Below are positions 12,093 through 22,504 of a stretch of DNA of 64,000 bases, one piece after another; position 1 is the first letter of the stretch, and each line of letters starts with the position of its first letter. Location: positions 3,761,918-3,825,917 of the forward strand of contig OZ316891.1 in the NCBI GenBank assembly GCA_973895155.1, in the 5' to 3' direction. The position numbers and the translations under genes are program-made. Source of the DNA: Marsupella aquatica (Eukaryota; Plantae; Marchantiophyta). The notes below the pieces were generated by a model. It made no database searches. It was given only the letters and a program-made list of their open reading frames with translations, and was not told the origin of the DNA.

Positions 12093-13556
12093 CTAAGTCA
12101 ATTGGCGTGTTGGGAGCACATGGCATTGCAGTAGGAGGAGGACGAGTCCTTCCGGGTGGATTGACATTGATAGGACCAGGGGGAAAATACTCAATAGCGC
12201 TACCAACTCATCTTTTGATCTGTTGCTCCTAACAAGCTCGGTAAGTAACGTTGTGTGCTGTTGGCGATCAATCAAATCCACCTGGTGTTTGTGCTCCAAC
12301 CGTGCCCTCTTCTCCTCATGTCTCCTTTGCATTTGATTGTTTTTGTCTACTTGCATCCTCTGCAATCGGTTCTTTTTGTCTAGCTGAGCTGCAGCAACTT
12401 TTCTCACCTCTCGCCTATCAACCAATTCTTGGGTTCTCCACTTATCCTTGGTCTGGATCATCTCTCGCATGTACAACGATTTGTCACTAAGCTTATCTAA
12501 ATAAAGATCAGCCATACTTGTCCTTGACTGTGCCTGTGATGATGGTGGAGCTGATCTCTTATTAGGAACCCACCTTTCCCCATTCCCGACCGGAGTTGGA
12601 GTTGGGATTGGCCTAGCTTGTGACTCCTCCTCAACATATCCTGGTGTCCCAGTATTAGCAGTACCCTGCTCAGTGGCGCAAGGTTGGGCCTCGGTTTCAA
12701 CACCAGCATTGGTCACGCCTTCGTGCTCCCGTTCGTGTTGTGTCTGTGGTCCGTTGTCGCCAGCCATCTCAGATTCATCCTGTTGCGGGCCAACACTGTC
12801 ACCATAGGGCTCTTCTTCATCAGATCCTGGATCATATATGAGCTCAGGCTGTCCAGGGATGCCGCATTGCCCTAGTGCAAGAGGAGCCACATTAGCACGC
12901 TCCCCATAAAGTGCATTCATCCTTTCAAAGTGTGGGCATATCTTGTCAAGCTTATCGTCAAGTGTAATCCCCACTCTTAGCTCTGCCAGGGTGAGCCCAG
13001 CACCCGAATCATTCTTCATTGCCAACGCCTCCTTAAACTTGCTCGTGTATCTGCCAAATCTCTTGCCCAAATTCTCTCCTATTTGGACAAACTTTGCAAA
13101 TCCGTTGGAATGCAGCATAATAAGCATAAGCTTAAACACAGTTTTCTTCAACGGATGCTTATCGCCAACCGATAGCCTTGATTGTGTCCCATGAAGCATC
13201 GCATAGTTATCAGCATTTTCGAGCCAATCAACGATCTTTGATAGGTCCTCCCTAGACAACTTCTTGTTCTCAGTAGGAATGTTCACGGCCGGACGTGGTG
13301 CAGGTCTTCCTTGTGCTCCAGCTGATGCACCAGCAACCACCATCGCTTCCACTGTCTGAGAATCGCTCACAATCAGAGGGGGCGAATCCAAAAACTGAAA
13401 GTGCTCTGCTTCAACACGTTCACCTGCAAAGTTAACACCTTCGTGGTCCATCGTATAGTCCATAAGGAGCCTAACTCGCACTACCCAGATTTTTGAGAAA
13501 TTCTGAGGGGGAACGACAACTTTCAAATCTCTCAGCCAAAACGGCTGCACATTCAT
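12093..13556 (-). CDS. Myb/SANT-like DNA-binding partner protein of the Harbinger-like element
   Basis: 487-aa ORF inside the TIRs, convergent to the transposase. Contains the IVDWLE...NY and K.CPHFERM.ALYGER.NV.P motifs, an acidic linker and a C-terminal coiled coil, as typical of the second PIF/Harbinger ORF. Exact start uncertain. Confidence 0.8.
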   Translation of the reverse strand: MNVQPFWLRDLKVVVPPQNFSKIWVVRVRLLMDYTMDHEGVNFAGERVEAEHFQFLDSPPLIVSDSQTVEAMVVAGASAGAQGRPAPRPAVNIPTENKKLSREDLSKIVDWLENADNYAMLHGTQSRLSVGDKHPLKKTVFKLMLIMLHSNGFAKFVQIGENLGKRFGRYTSKFKEALAMKNDSGAGLTLAELRVGITLDDKLDKICPHFERMNALYGERANVAPLALGQCGIPGQPELIYDPGSDEEEPYGDSVGPQQDESEMAGDNGPQTQHEREHEGVTNAGVETEAQPCATEQGTANTGTPGYVEEESQARPIPTPTPVGNGERWVPNKRSAPPSSQAQSRTSMADLYLDKLSDKSLYMREMIQTKDKWRTQELVDRREVRKVAAAQLDKKNRLQRMQVDKNNQMQRRHEEKRARLEHKHQVDLIDRQQHTTLLTELVRSNRSKDELVALLSIFPLVLSMSIHPEGLVLLLLQCHVLPTRQLT

Positions 13557-14257
13557 GGCTCTTTGTCAAAATATGCGCGAATTGACGTGCTCATTGTGAG
13601 GAATGGAAGCACTCCGTCACGCCGTGTCAAGTTTGCATTTTGAACTACACATGGGCGGGGGCTGGTTTGGAAGTCTGCGTAATCCGCGGGGGGCACTTAT
13701 TGACCCCTCTCAAAGTTAGTACCCCCAGGGTTAAACTCACCCGGAACTGCGGTTCCAGTCACCGTTTCGGACCTCAACTTGGGGGGACGGCCGTCCGGGA
13801 AAAGACTCGGACGACCAAGTTTGAGACGCCCTAATGTACCATGTTGGCAAAGCCATGCCTTAGGCAGTATGTTCTCATCGGATCCTAAAGGTGCCCGCTT
13901 GGTTGGGATAAGTGGATTAAAGTTCCGGTTATGTCATTATTCCTGCCATACTAGACATAACCGGGATTGAAATACAACAACCCGGATGCTTTCTTGCATT
14001 GAAATACAATCTCTCGTTCGATTCATATCATTTTCTTTCTTGATGAAGGATTTCATATAATTTTCTTGCTTGAACGAAGTATAACAATTGATACAAACTC
14101 CTCATCTCAGAGAAGCACCCTAGTTGTGATGCAAGAAAAATTGAATTTTTTTTCTTTTTTTTTTCAAAATTTGAGGGGAATATTTTTTGGGAATATTTTT
14201 TAGAAACTATGGGGAGTCCATATTGTACTGACACCCCATCTCGGCCAGGTCAGCTAA

Positions 14258-14619
14258 GGGCCACTTTACAAGACTGGCGCGGCAATTTAGTCCCTCTTTT
14301 TTCATGATCGAATCAATCATAACCGTTGTTTCAGCCTGCCCGGGCGCTCCTTGCTTTAGAAGACTGGCGCGGCAAGTTGAGCTGCGGGAATAACCGAACC
14401 TGCATTCTGGTATGGATCAGCTCGGGCTAGCCGGCTTGGGACTCTCATCCGGGCGCTAGACTGTCGGACCTCCGGAGGTGCGAATATGGGCAGCCCGCTT
14501 CCTTCTAGAATTCCTGCATTGGATTGGTCTAGAGTCCTACCGTACCACTAAAAGTTGGGCTCTGTTACAGCTTTGGTAGAAAGCACTCAAATTGCCGCGG
14601 CCGTCTTGTAAAGTGGCCC
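14258..14619. mobile_element. Tourist-like MITE (PIF/Harbinger), 362 bp
   Basis: 31-bp TIR GGGCCACTTTACAAGAC(TG/GG)(G/C)GCGGCAATTT-like with 2 mismatches. TAA TSD at 14255-14257 and 14620-14622. Confidence 0.9.
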
Positions 14620-14668
14620 TAAGATGGGTGGGTGTCCATAGTGTATAGCAAAGACCCCACCTGAGCTA

Positions 14669-16174
14669 CACTCTTTACAGTATTTAGTGTCACGAAACAA
14701 TTAGTGTCACTAACAATTAGTGACACACACTAATTAAGGGTAGCCCTTGATTTTCAGCCAAGTGACACTATTTACCTTCAACCCCAATTTTGAAAAATAA
14801 ATTAATATGTTAAAAATATTGATAATTAGAGGTGACAATGTTATTGGTGGTAACCCTAAACTGGACTCACTCCAAAGTTATCCAGACTACCAGCAACATC
14901 TTTTTGTGTGTATATTCGTAGAAAGTTTTCTTTGTGTTTTAGCTTGTTAGTCTTTGTGGAAGGAGGTTGACAGATTGATAACATGGCGGGATATGGATCG
15001 CCCATCATAGCTGGATTTGCTAGAGCAATGGAAAGAGAATCAAGACTATGTCAAAATGTCACTGGTAATTAATTTGTATCTCCTTTGGCTTTTCCTTGTT
15101 GCACTTCAAGACCCACAAAATGTTTTTAAGTGTATCAAAAGAGTGTGTTTGTTTCTCGAAGCAACTTCTGAAATGTTCATTCTATACTTTATGTCTCATT
15201 GTGATGAGAACTCTCAATCCCTTTACCATTAGAAGCGTGTTAAGATGCGCTTTCCAACGAGCCCAACATCGCCCATTTTTGTTTAGGATCAATGCATGGA
15301 AAATTTTCCAAAGGCAGCTATCTTCTCTGTGTATGCACATTTTCTGCAATCAGCAATGATTGACCTTTGATTTCTCCTTGATTATTGGATGATAGGTGTC
15401 AGTCTTGGTACCATTAGAAGCTCCTTGAGATGTGCTTTCCAACTAACCCAGCATCACCCATTTCGTTTAGGATCAATGCATGTAGATTTTTTGAAAGTCA
15501 GTTGTTTTCTGTGTGGTATGCATATTTTCTACAATCAGCGATGATCGACCCTAAACCCACTTCTCTTGGGGTTGTACGTACGCCGTCTTGCAAGGATGAG
15601 ACACAGGGGACAGGTTGTAGGAGAGTGAAAAGGATGTTAGTTTGTACCTTATGTGAGACAGCATGTGTTAATCATAGTTGATAGAAGTGAATCAAACAGA
15701 TCTTGTTTGCTCAATGTGGGTGAGTACCTCAAACTGCAATTTTGTGCTCTATGAGAAGGAGTTCCAACTTTCTGAAGTTTGCTCAATGTTTGAGTAGTAT
15801 ATGAAAGGATGTAGAAGTTTCTGAAGTTTGCTCAATGTTTGAGTAGTATATGAAAGGCATTATAGGTTTCTGAAGTTTGCTCAATGTTTGAGTAGTATAT
15901 GAAAGGCATTATAAGTTTCTGAAGTTTGCTCAATGTTTGAGTAGTAAATTTTGTAAACTGTAATCAAATATTGTGCACATTTAAAAAAAATTATAAGCAA
16001 ATTTGACTATTGTCCATTCTATTTTTTTTAACTTAAGTGTGTGTGACACTATTTGACTTGTGACCACAATTAGTGTCATATTATATTAGTGTCACACACC
16101 CTAATTATCATCACTTACCTCAAATATAACCTCACATTAATTAGAGTGTGTGAGAATAAATACTGTAAAGAGTA
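14669..16174. mobile_element. Non-autonomous TIR element (Tc1/mariner-like, TA-flanked) with ATTAGTGT subterminal repeats
   Basis: Left TA|CACTCTTTACAGTATTTA and right TAAATACTGTAAAGAG(TA). Clustered 'attagtgtcac' motifs at both ends. The right terminus is slightly degenerate. Confidence 0.7.
15768..15946. repeat. ~49-bp tandem repeat, about x4
   Basis: 'tttctgaagtttgctcaatgtttgagtagtatatgaaagg' repeated. Confidence 0.9.
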
Positions 16175-19100
16175 CTTAACCCATATTCAGAAATTTTAGT
16201 GCAACAAAGCTCATAATTGATAATGTTATGTTTTCCCTCACTTTTCAAGTTTAGCTCTCTTGTGACTGCCCATGTCCATTAGTCTCAGCCCAACACCTTT
16301 GAAGTCTCTTGAATGCACAATAGTTTTGGAAGCATTTCACAGACCACACTGTCATGATGGAGCAATAATTTAGTGCTTCATAGTTTTAGTGTTTCACATA
16401 GTGCATAAACTCCCTTCTGAACTGGAGTTGAACGCAGCCTCCCCAATTATAAGTGTTAACTTAGTAAGATGCTCATCTGCTGAAAACTCAGTTTACAGAA
16501 ATGAGCATGTAAAGAGAAATAAATTTTCTTGATTTATGAGAGCCAATAAGGTGGAATGGACTGTAATATCTTCAAGTTTGTTTTCTAAAGTCACAGTCCT
16601 TCTCCCTATGTGAAGGGCCTTTGACATCTTCAAGTTTGGTTTCTAAATTTGCAAGGGTATCCCTGTTCTATTTGGTTTCCCAACATTGTGGCTATTCAAA
16701 ATAGCATGATACAAAGATGATGCGACTTCAATCAACTTTCATGATGTGACACCTTCCTGAATCAAAATTTCCTCCTTTCGCTAGGTTGCTTACCGAGGTA
16801 GTGTATGCAAGGTTGAAATAACTCTGCATGCTACTAGGTTGTAACAATCCTAGAGCTTCTACAGCGGCATGATCCAGGTGATATCCAGAAAAGAAGGTCA
16901 TGAATGTAAATTGTGCATGCTGCGAAAAAATTGTTCATTGATTTACTGGCTTGTAACAATTGTAGAAGTTACAAGCCAGTAGCATACACGAAAGTTCATG
17001 ATTCAAAACAATTTGATTCATCATAAAAACAAACAAAAAAATCATCATATATTTTAAAGTTCCCCACTTTGAATTTCACACCACAATTTAGAGACTTGCT
17101 TTAGAAACTAATTTCTCAATAATTAATATGTCCAAATTAACTAATTTCTCAATAATTAATATGTCCAAATTAACTAATCAAAACAAATATTATTCAACAT
17201 TAGAGTTTCTTTTCCAAATCTCATTAAACAACTTAAATCTTACTAGGAAAATATTCTTCTTTCAAACTAAATTACCAATCAACAAATAACATTAAAAATC
17301 TCAAGCCTTTGCGGACTAGAAATGAGCACAAGATTGCTCCTAGCAACCCATCAATAACCCATAGTTGCTCATTGCCCCTTGACTTGACACGTTCCTGCTT
17401 GCCTATTATAGCTCGCCCATCGTAGCTTGCTCCATGTCACTTGCTCAATTTTGCCCTTTGCCCTCTCACATTTTTAGCTTTATGAATTTATTAAACTTGT
17501 ACATCCAAAAGTGTCATGAATTCATGAACTTCATTTTAGGATTTTTTAACCATGATGCAAGATCATTTTTCATGAATTCATGAAACAAAATCTAGTATCA
17601 AAGTTAAGGAATCCTTAAAAAAACAAAAGATTATTGAGGAAACACTAAAAGATTGCTTGAAAGAAAAACCACTCAAGACAAGGAAAATGATAAAAACATG
17701 ATACAAAAAGACAAAGACAATTATAAGTGCAACGTTTGCAAAAAGTATATAAAATATCAGGAAAATAATACCGATAACAATAAAGAGAATAATTTATGAT
17801 TATTTTGTGGAATAAAGACAAAAATACTTATGTATGTTAGTAAAAGTTTAATACCTTTAGTCATAAAATGTTGGAATAAAAAATTGAGTTTTTTTGATAA
17901 TAAATAAACTCAAATAAATGCAAACTAGAAACATATGTAAGTTTGAGTATTAATAATGACAGACTGGGGAACTATTGTTACTTGGGTTTGTAAGCATTAA
18001 AAAACAATAAATTAATAATTCATGAATTTATAAATAGTTTGTAAACGAAGGTAATACTTTGAGAACATCTATTTTGTAAGGAGATTTATGTGAGATAATT
18101 TAAAGACAACAAATCAATAGTAAGACTCATTTAAATTTTTTTATGGATATTTGAAGTGACTTCAATAGATTTTAATATGTCATTTCAAGGATAAATTAGT
18201 CACAAGATCTTACACATATGCAACTTATAATTGTAACAATGATAATTAGTTGATTTTGAGACTAAAAGTTTACTCTAATCCATTTAAGTTTTAATGCATC
18301 CAAAGAATAGCATATATTGGGCGGGATATTGAGCCAATGATAGTGCACACAACAGAAAAAATGTTTTGATAATTTATTAAATCAATACTTATTGTTAGGT
18401 TGATTTATTTGTTTGTTTGCAAAGTAAACACGTTGACAAACCAAACGAAAAGCTTGTTCAATTTTTGCAAAATATGGTGTTTTGAAATGAAGTTTTTTGT
18501 CAAAACCAAGTTTTTTGAAATTAATCAAAAAATGGATCAGTTTTTGCATTGTGTCCATTAATGTTTTGGGAGCTAAACTAATGATCAGGAGATTAAATAT
18601 CTGGATGCCATTTTTAGTGAGAGATTAGAGACTAGAATCTTCATATGTGGAAAAACAATTTGTGCTAGATAAATTTCTTCAATGATTTCCAAACTCAAGA
18701 CTTTGACAAAAATCAAAAACTTTTATGACAAGAGAAAGTACACTCAACTTTTAACATGCCAAAAAGTATACGGTGTATCACATTTTGGATTCAGTCTAGC
18801 ACAACCCCCAAAATGCTGTTTGACGGCATATTGAAAATGACTATAACAATTTATAAATTTAAATTCACTCAAATCTTCAACTTTGACTATGATGTCAACC
18901 CAAGGTTTAGTGAGCTACCATGTAACTGCATAGTTGAGCGCACAGTCGGATACTTTAACTCTAAACAGGTTAAGCTAACTAAGACGAGTGGATTGTACCC
19001 CCCACAAGTATGGGACTAGCATTGTTGCACTATTAAAACCAGCAAGTGAACAAAATCCCAATCATGATCCATGGGTTGCTGTCCATACACAAAACTAACC

Positions 19101-19989
19101 ATTGAAGGCATAATCCATTTTTAAACCAATACAATAATGAGAGAAATTTCATTTGTGATCCATGGATCACCAATGTTCTCAAACCTAAAACACTATCCTC
19201 AAAAATTGCATTAAAGTTTTTTTCATCTCTAAAACCTTGAGGGGAAGTACAATAAATTGTGACCCGCAGATCAAAACTCTTGCGGACACAATAAAACTCA
19301 TTTCAAAAATTCATACTTTTACCATAGTAGGATTCTTATTGGATTAACTTGACCATAGTTTAGATCTTTTTGGAATATACCCTATTGGGTGGGCCATGCT
19401 TTGAAGTCTACTTGTTAAGAAATGTGAAATATATTACTCTGTATTATATTTTGTATTGCATCCATAGAAATTGATGATACAAAATATCATATTTATTCAT
19501 TTTATGACATTCATTGATTCAAATTTGAGATGTTTTGCTTTTGTGCTTCAAAATGTTTGATTTTGTAGGAAATCTTGATTTGTATCACGTTGTGTTTTAC
19601 ACAGAAAAAACTTGGGGTCGCCCAAACGAGAAGTCTGTCACACTTCTCGTTTGGGCCATCAACGTGTTACTAGAACACATAGATTCTCTAATCAAGTAAG
19701 TTGAGAATGGTCACTTGACTTATTCATGAGTTTTGAACCAACAATTTACATCGATATATTGTCTACACAAGTGGTCCCTCGTGATATCAAATCCAGGAAA
19801 TTTTAATATCAACTGCATTATCAAAAATTGTCTCCCAATTGCATTCTCAAAAATTGGAAAGTTAAAAATGAGACTATGATGCTTTCTAAATCTGTATACC
19901 AAATTAGGATACCTCGGAAAAAATAAATTAACATAAGTTAATTCACTTGAATTAGTATGATATGTACTATGTCTTCGATGTGTGTGCTA

Positions 19990-20070
19990 TTTCATTTCCC
20001 TCAAAATGGCCACTATGGCATAAGGATTTCAGACAAGCTGTCTCAAATTGCAATGTCTGTCCTAGGTTCA
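19990..20070 (+). pseudogene. Remnant of an LTR-retrotransposon integrase zinc-binding motif
   Basis: KWPLWHKDFRQAVSNCNVCPR resembles the Ty3/gypsy WP.M.KD...V..C..CQR pattern. Surroundings are decayed. Confidence 0.45.
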
Positions 20071-22504
20071 CAAAAGGCTTCTCATGTAGAAAAGTAAAAA
20101 TACTTTTAGGCGTTGGTTCTGGTTCCTTCTCTTACAAAAGAAATAATATCACCAGCTAGTATTTTGATTGGAAATTTTGTTAAGATCTCTGGATCAAATT
20201 TAAAAACCTTGAGTCTTTGATTGCATGTCCCCCTTACAAAGGAAACAATATCACCAGCTAGTGTCTTTATTGGAAATTCTGTTAAGATCTATGGACCAAC
20301 TTCAATTCAAATACCTAGTCTTTGATCTCATGCCAGAGCATTATCTTTCCACTCTTTCTTCACTTTTCTATTTTGAATCTTGATTTTCTTCATTTCTTTC
20401 AATTTGTGTTTGTCATCAGTCTCCTACAATTATAAACTTTGTCCTCACTCTTTACTCCTTCACTTGCTCTTCTTTTGTGTTTGTCTTCTATTGATGCATC
20501 TGTCTCTTATCATGATAGTCTTTTAGATGTCATTGCAAGGCTGTTTAAGAGTAAGTTAGTCTGCTCAATTCCGATTCTTGATTCCCTTCTTTGTAATGTT
20601 CCAAAAACTTTGACAATACTCCCGTCTTGCAGGAAGCTAAACGCTTATATATTAAGTTATAAATTTATGTAATCTCATACCACAAAAGCCATATCTTGAT
20701 ATTAAAGCATGAAAAGACAAATCAATGGAGATGATGTCTATAGACCAATCCTATCGCACTGGACCCAACTGTTTAGTCATGTCGTGCGCACTAAGCTCTC
20801 ACTCTTAGGTAGTAAGGGTCCTACAGGAGAACAATTCAAGTATCACTTCTATTCATTTTGAGGTTATTTTTAAGATGAAATGTAAATAATATAGTGTATT
20901 GACTATTTGGTTAACATTATTTAGTTTTTGGGTAGAGGAGGCTTATTAGTTAGTGACAGGTCTATACTCTTCAAATATGAACATATTGAATTGATTTGCG
21001 TGGGCCTATGGGCTTAGGGTCAGTTTATGACAGATTATTGGGAGATTCTAGGATTGAAGGCTTAGGGTTTAGTGAGCAAAATCTTAGTGATTAGATTGTT
21101 GACAATAGTCAATTGATTAGAGGAGCAAAAATTGATTGTCTTCTTTTAGTATATCCTATGAAGCAGGGTATTAGTTCTACTTATAGTAGAAGTGCGAGCT
21201 AGTAGATTCTATTTCCTCTAATCAAGGAGGAAGATCCCCCGGAAGATCATACCTTTTGGTTGGAATATATATATATGCATGCATAGATACCTATACCCCT
21301 CTTCTCAAAAAGGTAATATGCAACAGTTGGGTCTGCAAGTATATAGTTTGATTCTGGGGTTATCAAGCTAAGAGTCAAAATTCAATCCGTGGCAAGTGCA
21401 TTTGAAACCAGATAGAAGTCTGTTCGATCAAATAAATTGTATGAGTTTTTTGAGTTCAAGTTTGGACCATGACTAGCAATTTACCTTAATTGCAAAGGGC
21501 CAAAAATCTTACTCTAGGTGCCAATTACCCGTACAAGGAAGTTATCAAGTTTGTTAGTAGTCATTATTTATTATATGAAAAATACTTTTTAAATCTTTGA
21601 ATTTAAGTTTTAAAATTGGATACGTAACTAAAATGGTTACACAGTGACAGTTTTATACCGTCTTGCTCTTTGCATTTCTAATTTTTGACTTTTCTGTTTA
21701 TGGCATGGCGTCCCAAAATTTATATTCAAATTGACACAAACACGAATGAAACCTATAAGTTTAATTCACAAAATTGATGAGTCTTGTTTGTTGCGGTTGT
21801 TGTTGACATGGCACACTGTGGTGCCAGGAATTTTGGAAGGGACCTCTCATGGGGTCCGTAATCAATTGACGATCAAAAGTATTGCAAAATTGACCTTTTT
21901 TCTAAGTAGCAAGGATTGTTTTTACATATAATTATATAAAATAATAATAATAATGGGTACAAGGGGGTTTGTTCAGAGGGGATACATATATATATATTTA
22001 CTGGGAGTGGGGGCTAAGGGTTGGCCCCTCCCCCTTGCAAGTTTCAATCCCCACCCTGGCGACCTGGCTGGCTATGTGCTCAAAAACAGGGTCCCAGACT
22101 CCATAGGGGCCTGATGATCCTCGGGTCCCGATGATCCACCCTACTCTTCCTTCTACACTAGAACGAGGCCCCAAAAGTATACATATTTTTGATGTGTAAA
22201 CAAACCCACATTCGGGTCTACCGCCTGATTTGAGCTGGGTCATCGGGGGACAGGCCAGCCATGTTTGGTGTAGGGCTTGTTCAAAAAATGGGAAAGAGGC
22301 AGCCGGGTGAGGGTAAATTTGGTTAGGGTAAGGTGGAGCCAATAGCACCTTGCCATGTGTCAATCTGGTGTTAACTAAAACAATGAAAGTCATATATACA
22401 AAATGGAGGGCAACCTAACAATTAAAATAATTGTGGGGATAAATTAATAGTTTAGTTCTCTTTGGGGGGAAAGTTGTATGGTCTTATGCCAAGATCCAAG
22501 TCTT

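Larger units (their letters stand above)
8494..13832. mobile_element. PIF/Harbinger-superfamily (PHIS, Pangu-like) DNA transposon with three ORFs
   Basis: TIRs AGGGCATCTCAAACT (8494-8508) and AGTTTGAGACGCCCT (13818-13832), 1 mismatch. Flanked by AAT at 8491-8493 and 13833-13835. Contains a DDE transposase, a convergent Myb-like ORF and an RPA-like ORF. Confidence 0.9.

Noticed and set aside
19590-19615. CVLHRKNL resembles the hAT transposase CxxH motif
   Set aside because: Isolated 8-residue match in stop-ridden sequence.
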